DNA of 64,000 bases from Escherichia coli O157:H7. Lineage in GTDB: Bacteria > Pseudomonadota > Gammaproteobacteria > Enterobacterales > Enterobacteriaceae. The notes below the pieces were generated by a model, which saw nothing but the letters and a program-made list of their open reading frames with translations, ran no database searches and was not told the DNA's origin. The DNA is taken from assembly GCF_013167455.1 (NCBI RefSeq), contig NZ_CP038328.1; one strand, given 5' to 3'. The position numbers and the translations under genes were made by a program. Shown here piece by piece: positions 53,776 to 64,000 of the stretch. How positions within the stretch are numbered: position 1 is the first letter of the stretch; each line of letters begins with the position of its first letter.

Positions 53776-54713
53776 TGAGCAGACGTGTTGCTACTATCAC
53801 CCTTAATCCGGCTTATGACCTTGTTGGTTTCTGCCCGGAAATTGAACGCGGCGAAGTGAACCTGGTGAAAACCACCGGTCTGCATGCGGCGGGTAAAGGC
53901 ATCAACGTGGCCAAAGTATTAAAAGACCTGGGAATTGATGTCACCGTTGGCGGCTTCCTCGGTAAAGACAATCAGGATGGTTTTCAGCAACTGTTCAGCG
54001 AGCTGGGCATTGCCAACCGTTTCCAGGTTGTACAGGGGCGCACCCGAATTAACGTTAAGCTGACGGAAAAAGACGGCGAAGTGACCGACTTCAACTTCTC
54101 GGGTTTTGAAGTCACCCCCGCCGACTGGGAACGCTTTGTGACTGATTCTCTGAGCTGGCTCGGTCAGTTCGATATGGTCTGTGTCAGCGGAAGCTTACCG
54201 TCAGGCGTCAGCCCGGAAGCGTTCACCGACTGGATGACTCGCCTGCGTAGTCAGTGCCCTTGCATTATCTTTGATAGTAGCCGTGAAGCGTTAGTAGCAG
54301 GTTTGAAAGCGGCACCGTGGCTGGTGAAACCTAACCGCCGCGAGCTGGAAATCTGGGCAGGCCGTAAACTGCCTGAAATGAAAGATGTGATTGAAGCTGC
54401 GCATGCGCTGCGTGAACAAGGTATTGCGCATGTCGTTATTTCACTGGGTGCCGAAGGCGCGCTTTGGGTTAATGCCTCCGGCGAATGGATCGCCAAACCA
54501 CCGTCAGTCGATGTCGTAAGCACCGTTGGCGCAGGGGATTCTATGGTTGGTGGCCTGATTTATGGCTTGCTAATGCGTGAATCCAGTGAACACACACTGC
54601 GTCTGGCGACTGCTGTTGCAGCCCTGGCGGTAAGTCAAAGCAATGTGGGTATTACCGATCGTCCGCAGTTGGCCGCAATGATGGCGCGCGTCGACTTACA
54701 ACCTTTTAACTGA
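53775..54713 (+). CDS. fruK: 1-phosphofructokinase FruK
   Basis: 312-aa PfkB-family kinase. Confidence 0.9.
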   Translation: MSRRVATITLNPAYDLVGFCPEIERGEVNLVKTTGLHAAGKGINVAKVLKDLGIDVTVGGFLGKDNQDGFQQLFSELGIANRFQVVQGRTRINVKLTEKDGEVTDFNFSGFEVTPADWERFVTDSLSWLGQFDMVCVSGSLPSGVSPEAFTDWMTRLRSQCPCIIFDSSREALVAGLKAAPWLVKPNRRELEIWAGRKLPEMKDVIEAAHALREQGIAHVVISLGAEGALWVNASGEWIAKPPSVDVVSTVGAGDSMVGGLIYGLLMRESSEHTLRLATAVAALAVSQSNVGITDRPQLAAMMARVDLQPFN

Positions 54714-54729
54714 CAGCAGGAGAGGCATA

Positions 54730-56421
54730 ATGAAAACGCTGCTGATTATTGACGCTAATCTCGGTCAGGCACGCGCCTATATGGCGAAGACCCTGCTGGG
54801 CGCGGCGGCGCGAAAAGCAAAACTGGAAATCATCGACAATCCGAACGACGCAGAAATGGCGATTGTTCTCGGTGATTCCATCCCGAATGACAGCGCGCTG
54901 AACGGTAAAAATGTCTGGCTGGGCGATATTTCCCGGGCAGTTGCGCACCCTGAGCTGTTCCTGAGTGAAGCCAAAGGCCATGCGAAACCTTACACTGCGC
55001 CGGTCGCTGCGACAGCACCGGTTGCCGCCAGCGGTCCGAAACGCGTAGTTGCGGTGACTGCTTGCCCGACTGGCGTAGCACACACCTTTATGGCGGCTGA
55101 AGCCATTGAAACCGAAGCGAAAAAACGTGGCTGGTGGGTGAAAGTTGAAACCCGTGGTTCTGTTGGCGCGGGTAATGCAATCACTCCCGAAGAAGTAGCC
55201 GCAGCGGATCTGGTGATTGTGGCGGCAGATATCGAAGTGGATCTGGCGAAATTTGCTGGTAAACCGATGTATCGCACCTCTACCGGTCTGGCGCTGAAGA
55301 AAACCGCGCAGGAACTGGATAAAGCGGTTGCTGAAGCAACGCCGTATGAACCGGCGGGCAAAGCTCAAACGGCGACCTCTGAAGGTAAGAACGAGAGTGC
55401 AGGCGCATACCGTCACTTGCTGACGGGCGTCTCTTACATGCTGCCGATGGTCGTTGCAGGTGGTCTGTGTATCGCGCTTTCTTTTGCTTTTGGTATCGAA
55501 GCGTTTAAAGAGCCGGGTACGTTGGCAGCGGCGCTGATGCAGATTGGTGGTGGTTCAGCCTTTGCGCTGATGGTGCCGGTACTGGCAGGTTATATTGCCT
55601 TCTCCATTGCCGATCGTCCGGGTCTCACGCCGGGTCTGATTGGCGGTATGCTGGCGGTCAGCACCGGTTCTGGCTTCATTGGCGGTATTATTGCGGGCTT
55701 CCTGGCTGGTTACATTGCGAAGTTAATCAGTACGCAACTGAAACTGCCACAGAGTATGGAGGCGCTGAAACCGATCCTGATCATTCCGCTAATTTCCAGT
55801 CTGGTGGTCGGTCTGGCGATGATCTACCTGATCGGTAAACCGGTTGCTGGCATTCTCGAAGGGTTGACTCACTGGCTGCAGACCATGGGGACTGCGAATG
55901 CGGTTCTGCTGGGGGCGATCCTCGGTGGCATGATGTGTACTGACATGGGCGGTCCGGTAAATAAAGCAGCGTACGCATTCGGTGTGGGTCTGCTGAGTAC
56001 TCAAACCTATGGCCCGATGGCGGCGATTATGGCGGCAGGTATGGTGCCACCGCTGGCAATGGGTCTGGCAACAATGGTGGCGCGTCGCAAATTTGACAAA
56101 GCGCAGCAGGAAGGTGGCAAAGCCGCTCTGGTTCTTGGTCTGTGCTTTATTTCGGAAGGTGCAATTCCTTTTGCTGCTCGTGATCCGATGCGTGTGCTGC
56201 CGTGTTGTATCGTTGGTGGGGCGCTGACTGGCGCAATCTCAATGGCGATTGGTGCGAAACTGATGGCACCGCACGGTGGTCTGTTTGTTCTGCTGATCCC
56301 TGGCGCTATTACGCCGGTACTGGGTTACCTGGTAGCAATTATTGCCGGTACGCTGGTGGCGGGTTTGGCCTATGCCTTCCTGAAACGTCCGGAAGTGGAC
56401 GCAGTAGCGAAAGCCGCGTAA
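54730..56421 (+). CDS. fruA: PTS fructose-specific EIIB'BC component FruA
   Basis: 563-aa ORF. Confidence 0.9.
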   Translation: MKTLLIIDANLGQARAYMAKTLLGAAARKAKLEIIDNPNDAEMAIVLGDSIPNDSALNGKNVWLGDISRAVAHPELFLSEAKGHAKPYTAPVAATAPVAASGPKRVVAVTACPTGVAHTFMAAEAIETEAKKRGWWVKVETRGSVGAGNAITPEEVAAADLVIVAADIEVDLAKFAGKPMYRTSTGLALKKTAQELDKAVAEATPYEPAGKAQTATSEGKNESAGAYRHLLTGVSYMLPMVVAGGLCIALSFAFGIEAFKEPGTLAAALMQIGGGSAFALMVPVLAGYIAFSIADRPGLTPGLIGGMLAVSTGSGFIGGIIAGFLAGYIAKLISTQLKLPQSMEALKPILIIPLISSLVVGLAMIYLIGKPVAGILEGLTHWLQTMGTANAVLLGAILGGMMCTDMGGPVNKAAYAFGVGLLSTQTYGPMAAIMAAGMVPPLAMGLATMVARRKFDKAQQEGGKAALVLGLCFISEGAIPFAARDPMRVLPCCIVGGALTGAISMAIGAKLMAPHGGLFVLLIPGAITPVLGYLVAIIAGTLVAGLAYAFLKRPEVDAVAKAA

Positions 56422-56577
56422 TAAAAGGTGTGTTACAGGGCAGAAATTTACTGCCCCGTATCATTGGATGAGCGCAAAGAGAATGACCGGTTTGTGAATG
56501 TAATTTTATGAATTTAAATGGTTTTATCTTTCAGTAGAAACCTGAAACGTTCATCAAACACTAAGGTTATTTCCTCA

Positions 56578-56604
56578 AGGGCAGATTCTTTTCTGCCCTT
56601 TTTT
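56578..56604 (+). terminator. Intrinsic terminator of fruBKA
   Basis: aGGGCAGattcttttCTGCCCtttttt. Confidence 0.75.
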
Positions 56605-56744
56605 AGTGTTCATGTTCTGTGCATCCCGTCACAAATTCCTCGCTTTTGTAATTCAGGCATTTAATCGCATTTTGTGAGCCTGCTCAAATCTGCCCGCTTT
56701 GCCTCTCTGGCGGCAATTTACTTTACGTAAAACATGCATACTAT

Positions 56745-56778
56745 GAGCACATGTTTAAATATGAACACATGTTTAAAC
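56745..56778 (+). promoter_or_regulatory. Tandem 16-bp direct repeats (GAgCACATGTTTAAAt / GAaCACATGTTTAAAc) upstream of psuK
   Basis: Read from sequence; 2-bp gap between copies; each contains palindromic ACATGT. Confidence 0.5.
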
Positions 56779-56844
56779 CGTCTTTGCAGTATCTATATCC
56801 TTGTGGATTGACAGGGTTGGTAATTTTTTACCAGAGGACGTGCT

Positions 56845-57786
56845 ATGCGCGAAAAGGATTATGTCGTAATTATAGGCTCGGCGAATATTGATGTCGCCGG
56901 ATATTCACATGAATCATTAAATTATGCGGATTCAAATCCAGGTAAAATAAAATTTACGCCTGGTGGGGTAGGGCGCAATATTGCACAAAACCTGGCGTTG
57001 CTGGGTAATAAAGCCTGGCTACTGAGCGCCGTAGGCAGTGATTTTTATGGCCAATCGCTGCTAACGCAAACCAATCAATCTGGCGTTTATGTCGATAAAT
57101 GCCTGATTGTGCCGGGAGAAAATACGTCGAGCTATTTATCATTACTCGATAATACCGGTGAAATGCTGGTTGCTATAAATGACATGAATATTAGCAACGC
57201 TATTACAGCTGAATATCTCGCACAGCACCGTGAATTTATTCAGAGGGCAAAGGTCATTGTCGCGGACTGTAATATCAGTGAAGAGGCACTGGCATGGATT
57301 CTGGATAATGCTGCCAACGTACCCGTATTTGTCGATCCGGTTTCCGCGTGGAAATGCGTCAAAGTACGCGAGCGATTAAGTCAAATCCATACTCTCAAGC
57401 CAAACCGCCTTGAAGCGGAAACCCTGAGTGGGATTGCGCTGTCAGGGCGTGAAGATGTGGCAAAAGTTGCTGCCTGGTTCCATCAACATGGCCTGAACCG
57501 ACTGGTATTGAGCATGGGCGGCGACGGCGTTTATTACAGCGATATCAGCGGTGAAAGTGGCTGGTCTGCGCCGATCAAAACCAATGTTATTAATGTTACC
57601 GGAGCGGGCGATGCCATGATGGCGGGACTTGCTTCGTGTTGGGTAGACGGAATGCCGTTTGCCGAATCTGTTCGTTTCGCACAGGGATGTTCGTCAATGG
57701 CGCTCTCCTGTGAATACACCAATAACCCCGATTTATCGATTGCCAACGTTATATCGTTAGTGGAGAACGCAGAATGTCTGAATTAA
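56845..57786 (+). CDS. psuK: Pseudouridine kinase PsuK (YeiC)
   Basis: 313-aa PfkB-family kinase. Confidence 0.85.
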   Translation: MREKDYVVIIGSANIDVAGYSHESLNYADSNPGKIKFTPGGVGRNIAQNLALLGNKAWLLSAVGSDFYGQSLLTQTNQSGVYVDKCLIVPGENTSSYLSLLDNTGEMLVAINDMNISNAITAEYLAQHREFIQRAKVIVADCNISEEALAWILDNAANVPVFVDPVSAWKCVKVRERLSQIHTLKPNRLEAETLSGIALSGREDVAKVAAWFHQHGLNRLVLSMGGDGVYYSDISGESGWSAPIKTNVINVTGAGDAMMAGLASCWVDGMPFAESVRFAQGCSSMALSCEYTNNPDLSIANVISLVENAECLN

Positions 57787-58712
57787 AAATTTCCCCTGAA
57801 TTATTACAAATTTCCCCGGAAGTGCAGGACGCTTTAAAAAACAAAAAACCGGTTGTGGCGCTGGAATCGACCATTATTTCTCACGGGATGCCGTTCCCAC
57901 AAAATGCCCAGACCGCAATTGAAGTAGAAGAAACTATTCGTAAACAGGGCGCAGTACCTGCCACTATCGCCATTATTGGCGGCGTGATGAAAGTGGGTTT
58001 AAGCAAAGAAGAAATTGAATTACTGGGTCGTGAAGGGCATAACGTGACTAAAGTTAGTCGTCGCGATTTACCTTTTGTCGTTGCCGCAGGAAAAAATGGT
58101 GCAACCACCGTGGCTTCAACGATGATTATTGCGGCGCTTGCCGGAATTAAAGTATTTGCCACCGGCGGAATTGGTGGTGTTCATCGAGGGGCGGAACATA
58201 CCTTCGATATTTCTGCCGATTTGCAAGAACTGGCAAATACTAATGTCACCGTTGTTTGTGCCGGGGCGAAATCTATTCTCGATTTAGGATTAACCACTGA
58301 GTATTTAGAAACCTTCGGTGTGCCGTTAATTGGCTATCAGACTAAAGCGCTACCTGCGTTTTTCTGCCGTACCAGCCCGTTTGACGTCAGCATTCGTCTC
58401 GACAGCGCCAGTGAAATTGCCCGTGCAATGGCGGTGAAATGGCAAAGCGGGCTGAACGGTGGCCTCGTGGTAGCGAACCCGATCCCGGAACAGTTTGCGA
58501 TGCCAGAACACACTATCAATGCGGTGATCGATCAGGCGGTAGCTGAAGCTGAAGCGCAGGGTGTTATTGGTAAAGAAAGTACGCCATTCCTGCTGGCGCG
58601 CGTTGCTGAGCTGACCGGCGGTGACAGCCTGAAATCCAACATCCAGCTTGTGTTCAACAACGCCATTCTGGCGAGCGAAATTGCCAAAGAATATCAGCGT
58701 CTCGCGGGTTAA
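57774..58712 (+). CDS. psuG: Pseudouridine-5'-phosphate glycosidase PsuG (YeiN)
   Basis: 312-aa ORF overlapping psuK end. Confidence 0.85.
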   Translation: MSELKISPELLQISPEVQDALKNKKPVVALESTIISHGMPFPQNAQTAIEVEETIRKQGAVPATIAIIGGVMKVGLSKEEIELLGREGHNVTKVSRRDLPFVVAAGKNGATTVASTMIIAALAGIKVFATGGIGGVHRGAEHTFDISADLQELANTNVTVVCAGAKSILDLGLTTEYLETFGVPLIGYQTKALPAFFCRTSPFDVSIRLDSASEIARAMAVKWQSGLNGGLVVANPIPEQFAMPEHTINAVIDQAVAEAEAQGVIGKESTPFLLARVAELTGGDSLKSNIQLVFNNAILASEIAKEYQRLAG

Positions 58713-58805
58713 TTTCTGACGGGCAGAAAGCCGTCGCCCGTACTCATCAAACATACCGAAACCTGGCGCTGACGCCGGGTTTACTGGCATGAAGGGAAAA
58801 TCATT

Positions 58806-60056
58806 ATGGACATAATGAGAAGTGTTGTGGGGATGGTGGTGTTACTGGCAATAGCATTTCTGTTGTCAGTGAATAAAAAGAGCATCAGTTTGCGTACGGT
58901 TGCAGCCGCACTACTGCTGCAAATTGCTCTTGGTGGCATCATGCTCTATTTTCCGCCGGGAAAGTGGGCTGTAGAACAGGCGGCATTAGGCGTTCATAAA
59001 GTGATGTCTTACAGTGATGCTGGTAGCGCCTTCATTTTTGGTTCGCTGGTCGGGCCGAAAATGGATGTCCTCTTTGACGGTGCGGGTTTTATCTTCGCCT
59101 TTCGCGTACTTCCGGCGATTATCTTCGTCACTGCGCTCATTAGTCTGCTGTACTACATTGGCGTGATGGGGCTGCTGATTCGCATCCTTGGCAGCATTTT
59201 CCAGAAAGCCCTCAACATCAGCAAAATCGAATCTTTTGTCGCAGTCACCACTATTTTCCTCGGGCAAAATGAGATCCCGGCGATCGTTAAACCGTTTATC
59301 GATCGCATGAATCGAAACGAGTTGTTTACGGCTATTTGTAGCGGGATGGCGTCCATTGCTGGTTCGATGATGATTGGTTATGCCGGAATGGGCGTACCAA
59401 TTGACTACCTGTTGGCGGCATCGCTGATGGCGATCCCCGGCGGTATTTTGTTTGCACGTATTCTTAGTCCAGCAACCGAGCTTTCGCAGGTCACGTTTGA
59501 AAATCTGTCGTTCAGCGAAACGCCGCCAAAAAGCTTTATCGAAGCAGCGGCGAGCGGTGCGATGACCGGGCTGAAAATCGCCGCTGGTGTGGCGACGGTG
59601 GTAATGGCATTTGTGGCAATTATTGCGCTGATCAACGGCATTATCGGCGGAATTGGCGGCTGGTTTGGCTTCGCCAATGCTTCTCTGGAAAGTATTTTTG
59701 GCTATGTGCTGGCACCGCTGGCGTGGATCATGGGTGTGGACTGGAGTGATGCCAACCTTGCGGGTAGCCTGATTGGGCAGAAACTGGCGATTAACGAATT
59801 CGTCGCTTACCTGAGTTTCTCCCCATACCTGCAAACGGGCGGCACGCTGGAAGTGAAAACCATTGCGATTATCTCCTTTGCGCTTTGTGGTTTTGCTAAC
59901 TTTGGTTCTATCGGTGTTGTCGTTGGGGCATTTTCGGCTATTTCGCCAAAACGCGCACCGGAAATCGCTCAGCTTGGTTTACGGGCGCTGGCAGCAGCAA
60001 CGCTTTCCAACCTGATGAGCGCGACCATTGCCGGGTTCTTTATTGGTCTGGCGTAA
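58806..60056 (+). CDS. psuT: NupC-family nucleoside transporter PsuT (YeiM)
   Basis: 416-aa membrane protein, paralog of nupX. Confidence 0.85.
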   Translation: MDIMRSVVGMVVLLAIAFLLSVNKKSISLRTVAAALLLQIALGGIMLYFPPGKWAVEQAALGVHKVMSYSDAGSAFIFGSLVGPKMDVLFDGAGFIFAFRVLPAIIFVTALISLLYYIGVMGLLIRILGSIFQKALNISKIESFVAVTTIFLGQNEIPAIVKPFIDRMNRNELFTAICSGMASIAGSMMIGYAGMGVPIDYLLAASLMAIPGGILFARILSPATELSQVTFENLSFSETPPKSFIEAAASGAMTGLKIAAGVATVVMAFVAIIALINGIIGGIGGWFGFANASLESIFGYVLAPLAWIMGVDWSDANLAGSLIGQKLAINEFVAYLSFSPYLQTGGTLEVKTIAIISFALCGFANFGSIGVVVGAFSAISPKRAPEIAQLGLRALAAATLSNLMSATIAGFFIGLA

Positions 60057-60065
60057 TGCTCAATT

Positions 60066-60112
60066 TGTAGACCGGATAAAACGCATCAAGCGTTGCATCC
60101 GGCAATCGCGCT
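60066..60112. repeat. REP-like palindromic element
   Basis: gaccggataaaacgcatcaagcgttgcatccggca. Confidence 0.5.
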
Positions 60113-60126
60113 ATTGCAAATAATTT

Positions 60127-60786
60127 TTACTGCATCATCCCGGAGAATTTATTCTCCGGGTCCATCTCCAGTGCCAGCCCTGACAACTGCTTTCTGTTTT
60201 TAATTAGATATCCTTTCTTGCTTTTAATTAATAAACCGTCGTGAATGAATTGCGCGAGAACATATAAAAGATGTCGATAAGAAACGCCTAAATACTCTGC
60301 CGCTTGCGTATGCTTTTCGTGATAAAGATCACCTTCTTGTGAGAGTAATATAAATGCTGCCAGGCGATTCACTAACGGAAATGATTGATTCTGAGTTAAA
60401 GAAACAATATTACGATAATTTTTATGACTTAAGGTGACGCAAAGTTTTCGTAAAAATAGGGTGTCGTTTAATAACAGCGGACGGTAATGTTTCATAGGGA
60501 GCGCAAGGCACCAACACTCTTCAATAGCCTGTACCGCACGCGGTTCATGGTCTTTATCGATTAACTCAATCTCACCAATAAAACAGGGGGCGGCAAAGAA
60601 ATCGATCAGCGACACGCGACCATTAGCTAGCGTGGCGTAAAGCCTGGCGCGGCCTCGCGTCAGGTAAAACAGCCAGGACGGCTGTTGCCCTTCCTGCACA
60701 ATGTAGTCACGCGCTAAAAAATGAAACAGCCGCGTATCGGCTGAAACATCCGTTAAAAAGCAATCCTTAAACGCGGATTCACTCAT
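60127..60786 (-). CDS. yeiL: Crp/Fnr-family transcriptional regulator YeiL
   Basis: ~219 aa from [10 protein letters not shown]; cNMP-binding-like domain plus C-terminal HTH. Confidence 0.8.
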
Positions 60787-60954
60787 CAATTGCTGCTTAA
60801 GATCATTATTGTGGATTTCTTTCACGATGTTTATCCGCTATGAGATTTCTCATATTTAGCATACGTACGCTGTTGTTAAGATTCAATCATCGGCCCGATC
60901 GAAATTTCTTTGCTGTAGAAAAAATAACGCAACTGGAAACAGAGGAAATAAACA

Positions 60955-61896
60955 ATGGAAAAGAGAAAAATTATTCTGGATTGTGATCCGGGTCATGATG
61001 ATGCTATTGCTATAATGATGGCGGCGAAACATCCGGCAATAGATTTATTAGGCATCACTATTGTAGCGGGTAATCAGACGCTTGATAAAACATTAATTAA
61101 TGGCCTGAATGTTTGCCAGAAACTGGAGATTAATGTTCCGGTTTATGCGGGGATGCCACAACCCATTATGCGGCAACAAATCGTTGCCGATAATATTCAC
61201 GGTGATACCGGACTGGATGGCCCGGTATTCGAGCCGCTGACCCGCCAGGCAGAAAGCACTCATGCGGTGAAATACATCATTGATACCCTGATGGCAAGCG
61301 ATGGCGATATCACTCTGGTGCCGGTTGGTCCGCTTTCAAATATCGCGGTGGCAATGCGTATGCAACCCGCGATCCTGCCCAAAATCCGTGAAATTGTGCT
61401 AATGGGCGGCGCTTACGGTACAGGCAACTTCACGCCATCTGCCGAGTTCAACATCTTTGCTGACCCGGAAGCCGCACGCGTGGTGTTCACCTCTGGCGTT
61501 CCATTAGTGATGATGGGCCTCGATCTCACCAACCAGACCGTTTGCACCCCGGACGTGATTGCACGAATGGAAAGGGCAGGCGGCCCTGCCGGAGAGCTGT
61601 TCAGCGACATCATGAACTTCACTCTCAAAACCCAGTTCGAAAACTACGGCCTGGCTGGCGGCCCGGTGCACGACGCCACCTGCATCGGTTATCTGATTAA
61701 CCCTGATGGCATTAAAACCCAGGAGATGTACGTCGAAGTGGACGTCAACAGTGGCCCTTGTTATGGGCGTACCGTCTGCGACGAGCTGGGCGTTCTTGGC
61801 AAGCCCGCTAATACCAAAGTCGGCATCACTATTGATAGCGACTGGTTCTGGGGCTTAGTCGAAGAGTGCGTGCGCGGCTACATCAAAACCCATTAA
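60955..61896 (+). CDS. rihB: Pyrimidine-specific ribonucleoside hydrolase RihB (YeiK)
   Basis: 313-aa ORF; N-terminal DCDPGHDD motif. Confidence 0.9.
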   Translation: MEKRKIILDCDPGHDDAIAIMMAAKHPAIDLLGITIVAGNQTLDKTLINGLNVCQKLEINVPVYAGMPQPIMRQQIVADNIHGDTGLDGPVFEPLTRQAESTHAVKYIIDTLMASDGDITLVPVGPLSNIAVAMRMQPAILPKIREIVLMGGAYGTGNFTPSAEFNIFADPEAARVVFTSGVPLVMMGLDLTNQTVCTPDVIARMERAGGPAGELFSDIMNFTLKTQFENYGLAGGPVHDATCIGYLINPDGIKTQEMYVEVDVNSGPCYGRTVCDELGVLGKPANTKVGITIDSDWFWGLVEECVRGYIKTH

Positions 61897-61995
61897 GTGT
61901 TGATAACAAGCCGGGCCGGTATCGCAAGATGCAGGCCTGGCTATTTCTGATGGGCAGAAAGCCGTCGCCCAATATGACATGAAGAGATAATCACT

Positions 61996-63246
61996 ATGGA
62001 TGTCATGAGAAGTGTTCTGGGAATGGTGGTATTGCTGACGATTGCGTTTTTACTGTCAGTAAACAAGAAGAAGATCAGCCTGCGTACCGTTGGCGCGGCG
62101 TTAGTGTTACAGGTCGTGATTGGCGGCATTATGCTTTGGTTACCGCCAGGGCGTTGGGTCGCTGAAAAAGTCGCTTTTGGTGTGCATAAAGTGATGGCGT
62201 ACAGCGACGCGGGTAGCGCATTTATCTTCGGTTCTCTGGTCGGACCGAAAATGGACACCTTATTTGATGGCGCAGGATTTATCTTTGGTTTCAGGGTATT
62301 ACCGGCAATTATCTTCGTCACTGCACTGGTGAGTATTCTCTACTACATCGGTGTGATGGGGATTTTAATTCGCATTCTCGGCGGTATATTCCAGAAAGCA
62401 TTAAATATCAGCAAGATTGAGTCATTCGTCGCGGTCACTACCATTTTCCTCGGGCAAAACGAAATTCCGGCGATTGTGAAGCCCTTTATCGATCGGCTGA
62501 ATCGCAATGAATTATTTACAGCGATTTGTAGCGGCATGGCCTCGATTGCTGGTTCGACAATGATTGGTTATGCCGCACTGGGCGTGCCTGTGGAATATTT
62601 GCTGGCGGCATCGTTAATGGCGATCCCCGGGGGGATCTTGTTTGCCCGCCTGCTAAGCCCGGCTACGGAATCTTCGCAGGTTTCTTTTAATAACCTCTCT
62701 TTCACCGAAACACCGCCAAAAAGCATTATTGAAGCCGCCGCGACAGGGGCAATGACCGGGCTGAAAATCGCCGCAGGTGTGGCGACAGTAGTGATGGCAT
62801 TCGTCGCCATCATTGCGTTAATTAACGGTATTATCGGCGGCGTTGGCGGCTGGTTTGGTTTTGAACATGCCTCGCTGGAGTCCATTGTAGGTTATCTGCT
62901 GGCCCCACTGGCGTGGGTAATGGGTGTTGACTGGAGTGATGCGAATCTTGCCGGGAGTTTGATTGGACAGAAACTGGCAATAAATGAATTTGTCGCTTAT
63001 CTCAATTTCTCACCCTATCTGCAAACGGCTGGCACTCTGGATGCTAAAACCGTGGCGATTATTTCCTTCGCGTTGTGCGGTTTCGCTAACTTTGGTTCTA
63101 TCGGGGTGGTGGTGGGGGCGTTTTCTGCGGTTGCGCCACACCGTGCGCCGGAAATCGCCCAGCTTGGTTTACGCGCGCTGGCGGCGGCGACACTTTCTAA
63201 CCTGATGAGTGCCACCATTGCCGGGTTCTTTATTGGTTTAGCGTAG
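61996..63246 (+). CDS. nupX: NupC-family nucleoside permease NupX (YeiJ)
   Basis: 416-aa ORF, highly similar to psuT. Confidence 0.85.
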   Translation: MDVMRSVLGMVVLLTIAFLLSVNKKKISLRTVGAALVLQVVIGGIMLWLPPGRWVAEKVAFGVHKVMAYSDAGSAFIFGSLVGPKMDTLFDGAGFIFGFRVLPAIIFVTALVSILYYIGVMGILIRILGGIFQKALNISKIESFVAVTTIFLGQNEIPAIVKPFIDRLNRNELFTAICSGMASIAGSTMIGYAALGVPVEYLLAASLMAIPGGILFARLLSPATESSQVSFNNLSFTETPPKSIIEAAATGAMTGLKIAAGVATVVMAFVAIIALINGIIGGVGGWFGFEHASLESIVGYLLAPLAWVMGVDWSDANLAGSLIGQKLAINEFVAYLNFSPYLQTAGTLDAKTVAIISFALCGFANFGSIGVVVGAFSAVAPHRAPEIAQLGLRALAAATLSNLMSATIAGFFIGLA

Positions 63247-63254
63247 TGTGCGAT

Positions 63255-63300
63255 TTATGAGCCGGATAAGATGCGGTCAAGCGTCGAATCCGGCAACATT
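63255..63300. repeat. REP-like palindromic element
   Basis: gagccggataagatgcggtcaagcgtcgaatccggca. Confidence 0.45.
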
Positions 63301-63301
63301 G

Positions 63302-64000
63302 TTACACCATTGGCACTAATGAAAGCGCGTTATCGGCAGACAGGGTAGGGTTGTTTAAGCTGCCGCTGGCGCGTGAAATTGCCGCGCAGGCCATCGCAAA
63401 ACGGGCGCTGTCACGGAAATTGTTTCCTTCCAGAAAGCTATATACCAGGCCCGCCATAAAACCATCGTCAGCACCAAAACTGTCTACTGTCGTATGCGCT
63501 GGTGCGGTCAGCAAAAATTGTTCTCCATCCTTTTCGCTGCAATAAACTGACTCATCGGGCAAATAAACAAACAGTTGCTGAACACCTTGCTGATGCAACG
63601 CATTCACTGCAGCATTACGGTCAGCATCGCTGGTGATCGCCTGTCCCCATAAAATTTCCAGCTCCGGTAAAGTGGGTTTCAGGGTGTGAATATGCGCCAG
63701 CCAGTGTTTGATTTTGCCCGCTTTGAATTCTGAAACGGTATCGACAAACACCGGGATCTCACCAGCGAGGGTAAAGACCCATTCCAGCGCCTCGGCTGTC
63801 AGGTTGCAATCAGCCAGTACCACGCCCGCATGACGAAGTAAATCGCGCGACCCGTTCAATAATTGCGGCGATAACTGTTCCAGCAGATGGGTATCGTTAA
63901 TCGCCAGCACGGTTTCATCGTCTCGATTGGCAATTGCCAGATACGTCGATGTGCTTTGACCATGTAAACGAACGCAGCCGGAGACATTCACGCCGGCGCG
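63302..64000 (-). CDS. yeiI: PfkB-family sugar kinase YeiI, 3' portion (5' end beyond window)
   Basis: Open frame continues to window end; paralog of psuK. Confidence 0.8.
   Translation of the reverse strand, partial: RAGVNVSGCVRLHGQSTSTYLAIANRDDETVLAINDTHLLEQLSPQLLNGSRDLLRHAGVVLADCNLTAEALEWVFTLAGEIPVFVDTVSEFKAGKIKHWLAHIHTLKPTLPELEILWGQAITSDADRNAAVNALHQQGVQQLFVYLPDESVYCSEKDGEQFLLTAPAHTTVDSFGADDGFMAGLVYSFLEGNNFRDSARFAMACAAISRASGSLNNPTLSADNALSLVPMV

Noticed and set aside
54706-55416. 236-aa minus-strand ORF overlapping fruK end and fruA
   Set aside because: Antisense to the fru operon; Cys/Arg-rich nonsense-like composition.
58986-59834. 282-aa minus-strand ORF inside psuT
   Set aside because: Antisense shadow ORF within a membrane transporter gene.

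Overview
This window is an Escherichia coli-type chromosomal segment with one horizontally acquired island. Identifications rest on my reading of the translated ORFs and on recalled family motifs and gene order; no database search was run. Core genes run yojI (5'-truncated), mqo, eco, napFDAGHBC, ccmABCDEFGH, narP, yejO, then the island, then tRNA-Pro (proL), yejM-yejL, yejK, rplY, radD, rsuA, bcr, yejG, yejFEBA, pdeN(rtn), mepS, lpxT, yeiR, yeiQ, yeiP, yeiW, setB, fruBKA, psuKGT, yeiL, rihB, nupX and yeiI (partial). The island (about 20276-29866, ~9.6 kb) sits at the 3' end of tRNA-Pro, flanked by a 17-bp direct repeat of the tRNA 3' end. It has the layout of a phage satellite / PICI-like element: P4-family integrase, AlpA, a small ribbon-helix-helix regulator with a triple operator, a P4-alpha/D5-type primase-helicase followed by a GGTGAACAG iteron origin, a TerS-like gene and an HK97-fold major-capsid-like gene. 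It lacks any portal, prohead protease or large terminase, which is the most unusual point. It also carries several uncharacterised small ORFs and a hairpin-dense non-coding left arm. No CRISPR array, reverse transcriptase, transposase or rRNA was found.
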